Source of the DNA: Paraglomus brasilianum
Taxonomy: Eukaryota
Reading direction: 5' to 3'
NCBI GenBank assembly: GCA_910592345.1
Contig: CAJVPI010000002.1
Span: 62,001 to 126,000 of the forward strand
Length of the DNA stretch: 64,000 nt
The position numbers and the translations under genes were made by a program. The notes beneath the pieces were generated by a model. It had not been told where the DNA came from. It made no database searches and worked only from the letters and a program-made list of their open reading frames with translations. Numbering within the stretch: the first letter of the stretch is position 1; each line of letters opens with the position of its first letter. Positions 1 through 11,143 of the stretch are shown piece by piece.

Positions 1-78
1 GTTGGAGTATAGAAAGATGTTGTTTATAGATAAATTTTTTCTTTGCTAATATAATAGCATAACTGTCTTTTATTACAG

Positions 79-174
79 AGCCAAGGTCTAGATCCTATCG
101 CCGAGTCCGTTAACGATATCGGGGGAGAGACCAATATAACTAAGAAGCATGGAAAGGATCCCATATGGGCATAA
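79..174 (+). CDS. Probable terminal exon of a gene starting before the window
   Basis: A pyrimidine-rich acceptor (ctgtcttttattacAG, ending at 78) is followed by an open frame SQGLDPIAESVNDIGGETNITKKHGKDPIWA-stop. Product not recognised. Confidence 0.35.
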   Translation, partial: SQGLDPIAESVNDIGGETNITKKHGKDPIWA

Positions 175-564
175 ATGACCAAGTTGATAGTAAGCGGTTT
201 CCATTGCTATATGCTGTTAAACGTTCCCGATGAACATATTTATTAATCGCAATACACGGGATAATCACATCCGCATAATATTTTACGCTTGACATGAATA
301 AGATATTTAAAAGGGTATTTATTACCGTATTGGTCGTATGGAAAATAAATGGGGAGTAGCTATGGTAATTATGGGGTCGTTTACTGTTGTGGTTATCACA
401 CTGGAGCGATTGATGACATGTATGTGTGGCAAGCATTTTAAAAGTGAACTGTAATTAGCGCATATTGACACGTTGTTTTATTAAACACACATATATTGGA
501 CTCTTCATATCCAATGAGATTCAATGAACTTTTCCATTTTATACAGATGTTCTCTTGATTCCTA

Positions 565-1030
565 ACACACGGCCCTTCTCAATCCTAACTTACGAAGTTC
601 TCATTAATACAGTAATTGTATTTCCTACGCTGCTTAGAGGCTGGTACATCATATGTCAGCCGACGAAATTCTTTCACCTAACCAACTTTCCCCATCTCCA
701 TTCTCAATTTTGTATTCGATAAAGCATTCTTTCCAAAAACTATACTTTCCCACTCCCTCTAATCATCCTTCCCATACCCGATGCATTATCATACCAGCCA
801 AACTGGTACGCGCCATCAAACTGTATATTTTTGACGAAACTTCTTTTTCCAGTACGTTCATCTTCCCGTTCGAATTACTGGAACTGTTCTAGTACTTAAT
901 TGCACCATCCGTCATGCACCCGCATTATCATACTGGCCGAGCTATTATTATGCGCCAGCAAATTGTCTACATTCCCTTTATCGATACAACCCAACACCCA
1001 TCTCAACACCAGGTTACATAATGCCGCCAC
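565..1030 (+). repeat. Decayed coding-like repeat related to 24635-24810; possibly a non-LTR retroelement remnant
   Basis: Shared blocks: tttcctacgctgcttagaggct vs tttcctgcgccgcttagaggct, and ataccagccaaactggtacgcgccat vs atatcagccggaatggtacgcgccat (FLRxLEA and YQPxWYAP). The retroelement identity is inference. Confidence 0.35.
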
Positions 1031-3046
1031 CAAGACCTGATAGTAGGATAGAGGCTCTGTTATCGTCACATGTTAATTTACCCATAAGACTATAAGCAAG
1101 AGACTACGCTTATATTGAAACTTGAGCATGGCATTAAGCTATTAAGGTTAGTGTCACGACATTTTAAAGATCTACGCGTATTGCGTTCAGTACTAGTACT
1201 GATATTAGGCAGTAAAAGCGGTTTATTATTATTCATAAGGGGTCATAGAAACATATGTTCTTTCAATCAAATGGATAAATATAAAGCACAAATAATTAAC
1301 GCGGACATCACAATACTGCAATAATATTCATAAAATCATATACATTTATTAAAATCCCACTACTCATATGCCGTACACCTTTAATATAATACATTGTCGT
1401 CAGCGACATTAGACTAATAGTCGATAGTAAGTAAATTCAGCAAGCATCCCATTTTATTTTGACTTACTTGAGCTTAATAATATTCATCTATTCTCATGCG
1501 CGTAATGCATAATCCTCTCCACGAATTGACTATATCAAATGTTGGAAATAAACAAGTAAGTGTACATATACATACACATACACATATATAATTAAATGTA
1601 TCATTGTAGCATACCAAATGCAATTCGTGAAGAGGCATAAAAGGCAGCACAAAAGCGGGTCAATGGGGTCGGGATTACGAAATAACGAGGTCCATCGAAT
1701 GGCCGTCATATGTCGAAGAACGAAGAGGGCGATTTTAAAAGAGTGTATAAGTTTATTTTCGACCAAGACGATGGACGATTTTTGACGATGCAAATAGATG
1801 TCTGCTTTATAAGAAATCCAAATGACAGATTTGGGGGCTATGCACAGAATTTTTAACGTACACAGATTACGTAGCTTGCATTATATCGGAAATTAGACAC
1901 AATAAAATTTTTGATGTCAAGCGAATAATAACAATGATGCATAAATAAGCCTTTGTTCTTTGATTGTTATGTTCCCAGCAGTCATTATTATGCTGCCTGC
2001 ACTTTTGTTCTTTGGAGATGGGTTGGATGGCGTACTCATTCGTGCTAGCAATGTATAGGCATCCGGCCAAAAGTTTTGGTAACACGAAACAAGCTTCTTC
2101 TGCTCGAATAGCATTTTTTTTCTCAGAGACGAGTGCGTATCAACTAACTCAAATAGGATGAACAAAGCCTTTTGAAACACGAATCATGTTATCTCTTGCA
2201 CAGAGGAGTTTTACTTTCTCACGAGCATCTGCGTTATAATAAAGTTCTCTGCGGACAGATTATAAAGCAAGATGACGTTTTTTTTTTCGTCTATTCGTTA
2301 CGTTTTCACAAGCAATTACGTTATCAAGTTCCAACAAAAGTCATAATCACGCTTACTCTGCAGAAGTGTAGAACAACGTTGTTTGTTTGGCGTTTTCTAT
2401 TTGTTCGTTTGTCATTATTTTTGGGGTGTGAATAGATAATGTGCTTTACGATAACGATTTGTTTACTCAGCTGATTGTAAGGGCAAACCTTGTACAATGG
2501 CGTTTTTCTTTGATCTGCCGCTTTCACAGGTAGGTACGCTATCGATGGTCTAAAATAGGACAATAAAGCCTTTTACGATAGCCGAGCTCTTACTTACTCG
2601 GCAGATTATAAGAAAAGCAAAGCCGTCTCAATGGCGCTATTCCCATCACGTCACGTATTAAGGTATTTTCTGCAACACAAAAACCTGCTACGTGGTTGCA
2701 CATCAGGACAGATGGATTAATTAGGAAAGTTGGAAAGTCCGGTCCGCATGTACGTAGTATCTCAAAGAACAATGACAAACAATGCGATAAAGCCTTTGTG
2801 CATGTGCTGTGTGGTACATCATAAATATAATATTAATACAGTATACTAATACTACACCTATAATTAAATGAACCATTCACGTGAGTGCTTGACTTTTGGG
2901 ATTTCGAGTGTAAAAATATGTGTGTACTAGTAAATGGTTGAGTGGTAACTAAATTGTAGTAGAGACAATAAAGGTATTTCTTCAAGAGAAACGCGAGTCC
3001 TTGCTCACAATTTGATATTAAACTATCTTGCCGATTATTAGTTTGA

Positions 3047-3253
3047 TTACTGTCTACTACTACTGCGGTCAGATGCCGGGTATGTAACACAAACAGGGTA
3101 AAATGCATGTTCTTGATACCGTGACGAATATTCCTTCCTCAACAGCCTCATCCTCAACATCTCCAGCAACTTTCCGTCGTTAAACTCTTGCAACTCCTTC
3201 TCCGCCTTCTGCTTCTCCGCCTTTGCTTGTTGAATGTCGTCGACAGTCGCCAT
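3047..3253 (-). pseudogene. 5' fragment of a coiled-coil protein gene, truncated near 3120
   Basis: ATG followed by MATVDDIQQAKAEKQKAEKELQEFNDGKLLEMLRMRLLRKEY (heptad-like, K/E rich), after which the composition stops looking coding. Confidence 0.4.
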
Positions 3254-3369
3254 TGCTTTTTTTCGCTAGTTAGTTAGAGAGAGAAAGATGTGCTGCGCGC
3301 GATGGGATCTAATACCATAATATACTAACACTAACCAGATAAACTAACAATCAATAACGCTTGCAAAGA

Positions 3370-3752
3370 ATGTTTACATTCACGAACGAATTCTTCCTTG
3401 GAGCATTAATTGGCTTCGTTCTTGGTATTACCGCCAACTCTATCGTGCTGGCGTATTACTTAAGACTGGAAAGTCTAATAATTTGCAACTGATAACAAAA
3501 CCGTCAGCAAACAAAATTTGCTCGCCAGTCCTTGAAACATTGTGGAACGATCTAAGACAATTGTACGATAAAAGAACCGAATTGGATCCAAAATTTTCAT
3601 TTAACAAAATGGCATTCGAAATTTATAAATTACTTGAAGAAAAAGCTGTTGCAGCTTCCACAATACGAAATTTTTATCTTCGAAGAACAACCCCGCGGAA
3701 TAAGACCATTGAGGCAATCCAACGTTGGATCGACGAAGAAAGGGAAATGTAA
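3370..3752 (+). pseudogene. Intronless gene: N-terminal transmembrane helix plus C-terminal HTH-like domain, one frameshift near 3460
   Basis: ATG3370 gives MFTFTNEFFLGALIGFVLGITANSIVLAYY. The shifted frame (ORF 3483-3752) gives FSFNKMAFEIY...VAASTIRNFYLRRTTPRNKTIEAIQRWI, an XRE-like HTH pattern. Confidence 0.5.
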
Positions 3753-3760
3753 ACCACTCA

Positions 3761-4068
3761 GATGGGAAAATAAAACTGAAACATTACGATTACTAATACA
3801 ATTCACTCTTCCAAATGCTCCTGATGATATTATGGATGAGTCTATTAATCCATTAATTGGTGAATCACCATTTATTAATAATTTTCTAATGAACTTTGAG
3901 ATAGCATTTAATGCTATGTCTGATAACGTATTTAACTTGGAACATTTGCATTCAAAAATCAGTGATGATATACCATTGGGTTACAGTAATATTCCAGATC
4001 CACAAATTGTGATATTGGAACCTGGTAAAGCCTCAAACAATGATGAGCATGTTCATGCTTGCATGTAA
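3761..4068 (+). pseudogene. Intronless hypothetical protein gene 8 bp downstream of the HTH gene; likely 1-nt frameshift right after the ATG
   Basis: atgggaaaataaaact reads MENKTETLRLLIQF... if one G is removed. The remainder is open to TAA 4068. Confidence 0.35.
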
Positions 4069-4670
4069 AATGTATCGGAGCGAGTTACAAATCAGTAATG
4101 ATAAAAAATTATATATTGCTTGTTATCTTTTAATATTGGAATAATATTACATTAGTAGGTACATGTTTCTTTATGTACTATTGCGATTTACTTCATGCAG
4201 TTCTATAGTTAAAATACTGAAACAGGCATTTTTATAAACGACTTATGACTAATATACTATTTAACATGACATGTCGTTTATCAGCCGACCTGTGTATATC
4301 ATATTTACTGTTGTCGCTTGATCATTAACTCACAAGAATGTATACGTAACTTGTAAATTATTATGTAAAGCTCTTATATCGTATAAGGTGTAAGAAATAT
4401 GGTTATATCATTATTTCGCATCGATGTTCTTTACACTATTCCCTCCGCATACTATGACAATCTAATTCATACGATAACTTGATGTTTTTATCATCATTAG
4501 TATAGAGGCAAATGTCTTTCAACCATCGAAATGTATTATGTCTGAATTTAGTATTTGAAACTAATGTCAAGTGTCGAAACATTCGTGGAGAATTCTATCG
4601 CATTATTAAATAACGGGGTCAAATGTCATGAAGTTTTAGTCTTGTCAAATTACAATATTGTATTGCACGC

Positions 4671-4805
4671 TAGATCAAAAGTCTATATTTACAGTCTAAC
4701 CGTGATGCTAAAAATTACACCAATTATTTCGATGCAAATTATCGTACGGTTAGATCAAATAGATTATATTTACAGTCTAACCGTAATGCTAAAAATTACA
4801 CCAAT
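4671..4805. repeat. Direct repeat of about 54 bp, two copies
   Basis: tagatcaaa...tatatttacagtctaaccgt(g/a)atgctaaaaattacaccaat at 4671 and 4751. Confidence 0.85.
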
Positions 4806-5220
4806 AACAAGAGAAATGCTTTACAGTCGAGAACTTAGCTTTAGATCTTTATTGGTCGATGATTCTGATTAGTTAATTCCTATGTAACAAACTTTGTTAT
4901 ACAAATAAATTCGCCCAGTGAATGGCTTTATTTATGCATGGGTTTTGAAATCTTCGTTCAACGTTATATAGCACTTTATACGTGTATATAAATATTCGTT
5001 TATCTGAAACTATTCCAGAAAAACACTTTGTTAAAGTAAATTTCACTGTGTACGTAAAAAAAACTTATTCAATTTATTCTATCTATATACAGCGAGAATT
5101 ACCATCTAATTATTGTTCAGCTAGACAATCGTATCACTGATGTTTCTTGAATACATAGATCACGCTGGTATCATATTGCTTGCTATTGATATCATTACTA
5201 TCATAAAGATCAGTTTAATT

Positions 5221-5598
5221 GCGCGGCTTATCGGACTTTTTATCCAGTAAAAAAAAGTTTACTGCGTGTTATTACACTGACACTACTGTTCTTATTACGG
5301 AAACAATCGTGACAATCGCGATATGATGTAATGATGTGTTACACTAGGCAATATATCGATACCCGTGTATGCTACTATTGGTTAACAGTCGCAAACTCTC
5401 ACACTCCTTATGCGTAGATAGCGATATTATACGCGTGACTTGTCGGACTTGTTAATGTTAACCAGTGAAAAATATTTTTCCGCGTGTTCTTACGGAACAA
5501 TTATGACAGTTGCGATATGATGTGTTACCCTAGGCAATATATCGATACCCGTGTATGCTTTACTATTGGTTGACAGTCAGAGATTCTCACACTCCTTA
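5221..5598. repeat. Diverged tandem duplication of about 170-190 bp
   Basis: Blocks such as gatgtgttac(a/c)ctaggcaatatatcgatacccgtgtatgct and tctcacactcctta each occur twice. Confidence 0.8.
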
Positions 5599-6084
5599 CT
5601 GCATAAACAAGGCATTTATACTTATAAGGTTGCGTACGACAGCAATTGCGTCAACTGTCTGCTAATGGTAATACTAATAGAACGAACTTTGCAAGTTGTT
5701 TCTGTTGGTATTTTCTTGGTCTTAATTACTGATCTATTCTAACATATAGTACAACTACGATTGATACTGTTAATTTAACTAATATTAATATTTCTGCTGA
5801 TTAAAACATTATGAACATGACATCGAATCTAACTGCTTTTCCAAAACCGGGAACCACAGAAAAGAAACTTTATACTATTACCAAAGGCATGAAATCCGGG
5901 CTTGCTGTAGCAAATTTTGGTTGGTGTGTTATGTGTGTTATGAAAAAATAAAAAAAAAAGCCCTTCAAACGCGTGTACGTTATGCAATATAAATTGGCTA
6001 TTTCACGAATTTTTTTATAAACACTTGTGGTTGTTAAACTGTCAAAAAATCTTCAGTCTTTTTTTTTTTTTTTTTTTTTACTCA

Positions 6085-6290
6085 ATCCTAGTTACACAGC
6101 GCGAGATCATTAGTGGCGTCCCAATCCAGCCTAAAATTTTATGAAAAAGTATGCCCAAATATTGTGAGAAGTTGTTGCGGTTTATGGTCGAAGAATGGAA
6201 TAAAATTTCTTCTCATAAGCTAATAAACATTGTACGAAAGAGTATGAGACTAGCTAAATGCAAGGGCATCAATCATGGAGCACGTAATAA
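6085..6290 (+). mobile_element. Tc1/mariner transposase C-terminal remnant
   Basis: PSY... followed by MPK...RFMVEEWNKIS..LINIV resembles the Tc1 C-terminal helix region and the related segment at ~61090-61150 (-). Confidence 0.45.
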
Positions 6291-6458
6291 AAGTGGTAAT
6301 GAGAAGGACCCTTTTGATCCGCCTACCACGTTCACACACAAAAGGTTCTTATGGAACAATGATTCCAGCAACAAACATAATGCAAATATATTAATTTTGC
6401 TGATTTACAATATTATTATCTACACTGTGCTTATGTTATTAATTGCTAACAAGTCAAA

Positions 6459-6990
6459 TCACGGTTGAAGCCTCCACTTTTTGAAAAATTTTGCTACTTT
6501 ACCGACACATTTACCAAAAGATTCACTCTCAACAATCCCACCTGGGTAGCTTTTTTTTTATGCGGTTTTCTGTAAAAGCCTATCCGAAAGTATAGTTCTG
6601 TGCGACCTATCAACTGCAATGCTTAGTGTCACTGTATATCGAATAAATTCAACACCTTCAATGTTTTCTCAAAGTTCTTGCCTATCGACCGATTGACAGC
6701 TCTCATACACAAATTTTCATAATATCCCATTCCTGCTCCATTAGATTTCTGGTCCATGTATTTCATTTTCTCCACAAGACAGCAGATTTTATATTGGCAA
6801 ACGGAAGCCCATCCATTACGATAGCTCCGATTTGAAGTAAGGTTGTTATTGATATTGATAAGGAAAGACGTTTAAATAACGATACCGGAAACTTTCCGCC
6901 AAATCATTTACTACATACGAATTCAAGTAACGAGGCGGAATAAATGACTATCTCTCGGAATAGTTTTGCTTTCCCATATTCGAACCATTG
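6459..6990 (-). pseudogene. CHL1: C-terminal fragment of a CHL1/DDX11-type (RAD3/XPD family) DNA helicase
   Basis: Minus-strand translation with frameshifts: GAIVMDGLPFANIKSA..EKMKYMDQKSNGAGMGYYENLCMRAVNRSIG, then a last exon ..KKKLPRW..ESESFGKCVGKVAKFFKK-stop. This matches the Chl1 pattern GLPF/YP...YYENLCMRAVNQSIGRAIRH...LPxWI. Confidence 0.75.
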
Positions 6991-7218
6991 CACTCATTAT
7001 TCTTCATATAAATTTAAGCCCACATACTAATACAATTTTTTGACTGCGTCAAATTAAATGAATTTATTTCTCAAATCGCAAGTAATACTGTTATACGACG
7101 AATTTAATAATAACATTTAAATAGCGATTTACGATTAATATTATTAGCACGTCAGATGATCACTTAAATGTATTACACAAACATGTAAATATCTGACGTA
7201 AAATTTAGTGACGTTGAA

Positions 7219-8527
7219 TCAATATTTTAGCAATGACTCTTTCAGCTGGGTAAGTGTTTTTATGACTGCTTTGTAGACCTTTTTGTCTTGTTTTGAGCAA
7301 CCCCTTCGTTTGCTTGCAGCCTCCTAGAAATTTCTCAGGTTAAAATCAAGTTGAATAAACTAATAAACATCACTCCAGGACAATTTACTTACACAGTAAC
7401 GAATGATCCTAGCTTTATTTTCGCGAATTATTCTTCTATTTTCCGCGCTTTCGTTTATTTGACGCTAAAAAAATTTTCTATTCAGTTGGTCAATCACAAA
7501 TAGATTTGCATAAAGCATAGAGTACTTACTCGGCGCTTGTCCTTATCCAAGACGTCATTGTAAGTCTTTTCGCGAATTTTCTGTGAAATCAAGAAAATCG
7601 ATGAATTAATATTAATTGCATTAAACGGTATGAGGTCTCAAATGATAACCAACTCTCAGATGAGTACATATGTTCATGTTAATCATACTATTACTATTGA
7701 TGATGGACTCTAGAGAGCTCCATATCCGATGTTTGCACGAGGTACTCAAGGCATTGCTCGTAACAAAGCTAGCATCATGTGCCCGGCGTTAGAACGCATC
7801 TAGAATCCTGCATGGGCCCATGCTTAACCAACTATTCCCGCATTATAGCTGGCATTATCACTAAAACAAAGATTATTACAATCAACATCAATAATTACCT
7901 GTGTCATCTTCTCGAATTGTTCCTTTGCATCTTCTAGATTTTTTTTATCTTTTTTCGCCTTACATTGCTTAATGCCTTCGTTTCGTACCTCTTGATCGCT
8001 GCGTTTAGCGACAGGCTTGAGTGGGATTCCGCTGTCCCAAAATATATTGCACGAAGCCATGTTTTAAAGTATAGAGATGCGTGTTTTTGCGAGCGTCGTT
8101 GGAAGAAATAGTTTTCAGACATTTTGGTGAAAATAAGGATAATACTTTTCAAGTATGATATGTTGGTTACTTTACTGATGATGGAAAGCGTGAGCCTTGA
8201 TCTATTTATAAGAAATAAAATCCGTCGTGCCATAGTCGTTCATATTAGAATATCACTACTCGACTCGGTGAAATACATTAAGACCTAGGATACAGAATGT
8301 CGTTATTGGGCTAACGAGTGCTCGTTCCTTCCTTCTCTCGTCGATTTTAGTTTGCAATTCAACAATATCTGATTCCAAGGTTTTTATCTGCGTGACCTTT
8401 TCTCTTGGAATTTTGCGTTCTTTATTTGTTTACACCTACGATTGAACGCTAAAGGTGTACTGACCTTTTCTCTTGGTCTTGGTTGTCCCGATTCACGTCG
8501 CTTGGATTTACGTCTGTAGGAGGACAT
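7219..8527 (-). pseudogene. Multi-exon gene of unknown product, disrupted in exon 1 by a 52-bp insertion
   Basis: ATG8527 gives MSSYRRKSKRRESGQPRPREKV|TQIKTLESDIVELQTKIDERRKE once the insert plus one TSD is removed. GTAAGT donors near 7392 and 7530. Last exon EAASKRRG...KTLTQLKESLLKY-stop. Confidence 0.55.
8409..8460 (-). mobile_element. 52-bp micro-insertion with a 16-bp TSD (copy A of the pseudoknot micro-element)
   Basis: Perfect direct repeat tgaccttttctcttgg at 8393-8408 and 8461-8476. Insert read on (-): gtacacctttagcgttcaatcgtaggtgtaaacaaataaagaacgcaaaatt. Confidence 0.85.
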
Positions 8528-8710
8528 TGGCAGAACGTAACGCGACAAGCCAACTATTACTATGCACATAAAATAATAGGTTACTATACAATGCATCTGA
8601 TTACGTGTTATATGAATTAGGTTAATTCAAATTCGAGAGTTAACGTCGCGACGATTTATTTCAGGGAGGGTATTAGTATCAACAATTACAATAGTAATGG
8701 AGGAAGTTAT

Positions 8711-8860
8711 TGTGACAGATTAAACCGAAATTTTCTCTATTTTAATATGAAAATTTTGGGGAATTTTCTCGGCTTTATTATTATGTGGGCAGAGGCATAA
8801 AAGAGGATCCAATCGGACCCCAAATTTCGTTTTAATCCGATTTCGTTTTAATCTGCCACA
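8711..8860. mobile_element. 150-bp MITE with TGT...ACA termini (Ginger/TDD-like)
   Basis: 21-bp TIRs tgtgacagattaaaccgaaat / atttcgttttaatctgccaca with 2 mismatches. Flanks gttat/gtcat give a 5-bp TSD with 1 mismatch. Confidence 0.65.
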
Positions 8861-8904
8861 GTCATTAAAATTACGATATATTTATTGATAACAAGGAATC
8901 ATGT

Positions 8905-9605
8905 AAACATTTTAGACAAAAATCAATGCTTTCGAACTCTTGCAAACCATAAACCAACGTATCAACATTGCCAATTGCAAGCAATGTCAAGATCTCACGC
9001 CGTACACCTTTAGCTTTCTAGACAATAAAAGAACGCAAAACTTCAAGATCTCACGCCTGGTCATTCTCGGTCTTCTCTCCTCGGCAACTGTGTCTTTAAT
9101 AAGCAATCGGCAATAAATGTCCTAAATGTCTTCCCGCTGCCAATTCGAGTTGATATTTTCTGGGGGTAAGTTGGGCGGCTATTTCATCCACAGCGGCTAC
9201 CTCATCGAAATGAATGTCTTCTCGCTGCCAATGCGGCAATGATGTCGGATCTTTCGAGTTGATATTTTCTGGGGGTAAGTTGGGCGGCTATTTCATCCGC
9301 AGCGGCTACCTCATCGAATTCGTGCGAGTCATTAGTGTCCTTGTGAATATATTGACTCGCATGACAGGTTTAATGAAACCAAACTTTCCCGACGTAAAGA
9401 CTCGCCCCGTTTGATACAAATAATATTATTAACGCAACGGCCAATTAACGGAAGAATTTGGATCAAGAATTTACGCGAGTACCATGACGCGTATTTAAGA
9501 ACAGGCGTGCTTGTTCTTCCATGAAACTTGATCCACATAGTTATCGGTGTAAAGAAGATGCATTGAAGTTCTACGGCCTGCGCATTTGTTGCTACCACTT
9601 TTAGA
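8905..9605 (+). pseudogene. Decayed Cys-containing hypothetical gene with an internal ~85-105 bp tandem duplication (9125-9318)
   Basis: The frame NAFELLQTINQRINIANCKQCQDLTPGHSRSSLLGNC is restored when copy B is removed. The block tcgagttgatattttctgggggtaagttgggcggctatttcatcc occurs twice. Confidence 0.35.
9002..9042 (+). mobile_element. 41-bp micro-insertion with a 15-bp TSD (copy B, internally deleted)
   Basis: Perfect direct repeat tcaagatctcacgcc at 8987-9001 and 9043-9057. Insert gtacacctttagctttctagacaataaaagaacgcaaaact shares its 5' 13 nt and 3' gaacgcaaaa with copy A. Confidence 0.85.
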
Positions 9606-9679
9606 TTGTATTTGGAATAGTTATAAATAAATAATAATTAATAATTCTTGTGTTAAACAACCGATAGCAATATTTTTCG

Positions 9680-10960
9680 CCTTATAAGAAAATATAACAT
9701 GCCTGGACCATAGCCGTCATGGCCTATCATGAATAGCTCGTTCCAACATCCATCTGCACTATAAAATGTGAAGAGATACTTCAGATGTTTCCGACGTTAT
9801 CGCAGAAGTGCAAGGACGTCTTCTCATTATAGTAGACAGTTCATTCTGCGATAAATGCGAGTATCCCACACGGTCAGCCAAATAACCGATCTTCTAACTT
9901 TGACCTCGTAACCAATACGTTGTTCTCTGCAATATTAAAACAGCAATAAATTAATGTGATGAGTAATAAAGTTAATTGATACACTAAATGCGATTGTAAT
10001 GCTCTAATATATAACTTCATTGAAACTCCGAGTTTTCTGAACTCGTCGTTCACTTCATCCCATGGCCACTCGGATAAACCAACGGATTTCCATTTGCAAG
10101 ATGGTCACGTCTTCCCTCGCTTCACTTACAGGTTTCTTGCGGTGGGGGTGGGTGGGGCAGCTAGCTCTAGCCGGATAGCCATTGAAAAGCGTCCCGATCA
10201 TCCATGCAAACTAAGCAATGAATATTTAACTAGTTGGATATAAATTCGCCATATGTCGTTTGCCATAATTTAGGATTGCGAAGATATGTAGATAATGCAT
10301 CCAAGCCCATGGGATTTGAAATTACTAAAATAGATCAAACAATTAAAAGTCAGTTTGAATAATATGAAGATGGAAACCACGAATTACATATTTAGATTGA
10401 ATAACACCTAAACGAACCACCTTGTAATAATAGGCAATGCTCATCTTTACTTACACGGTTAATGCCATCATTGTCACTCCGACATAGCGATGCGCTCTCT
10501 TTAGAAATCTTGGATAACCCTTATCCACAGACTCGAATCATCTCTGCCCCCAAAGTGTAGAACGTAAAATATATAGTATAAATCCCAATGCTATGGAAAA
10601 TGAAATATGCGTTAAATCAATTGTATCGAAGAGTAAGACGCATATCAAGCGATTAATAATAAACATACAGATTATGTCTTCCTTTTAATGGCTATAATAG
10701 ATGCAATGGCAGCAGTTCCGAATATAGTGGCCAAGAATCCGCCAAATTCCTATGCAGCTGAAGATAGCCAAAAGTATGTTTACAGACAATAAATATGGGG
10801 GAAATAAAGCTGTCATAGGACGAAGATAAGCGACAATTAATATTGTTGACAACTAATCCAATAGACTGCAAATTGCCCGTAAAATACACCTGCTTGCTTT
10901 ACGAGATTCCTGTTGTTTGATTGCAGAAGTGGTGGACGGTTGGGCTGTATCAAAAGGGTA
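9680..10960 (-). pseudogene. Multi-exon decayed gene, product unknown, with an N-terminal hydrophobic segment
   Basis: Exon-like pieces GGFLATIFGTAAIASIIAIKRK, NPMGLDALSTYLRNPKLWQTTYGEFIS and EDVTILQMEIRWFIRVAMDEVNDEFRKLG are separated by AT-rich intron-like gaps. Stops and frameshifts are present. Confidence 0.4.
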
Positions 10961-11143
10961 GCAACTGAAGAATATCTTGAGGTCACACTTGGTAGTTATA
11001 ATGAACATCTTGTACCGTGACTCTGAGATACGGTCAGACAACCAATTCGCTGTTGCGCTGATAGGAGTTTATAAATATACTTTAATGAAATGTTCATATA
11101 AACACTGATTCATAAGCGATACATACAATATGTAAAATACAGT

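Noticed and set aside
1900..2820. Possible transposase remnant with recurring aa(a)gccttt motifs
   Set aside because: No convincing catalytic motif or termini could be read.
8409..8460. Introner (TE-derived intron) or preQ1-I riboswitch
   Set aside because: The insert starts with GT but has no branch point, pyrimidine tract or AG of its own, and splicing to an AG in the TSD would not restore the frame in copy B. The preQ1 ligand-binding consensus is absent.
9214..9605. Viral RPB10-like gene (RCQCG ... LRICC)
   Set aside because: The motifs lie in different frames, the spacing is too long, and a different frame is continuous with the upstream coding sequence.
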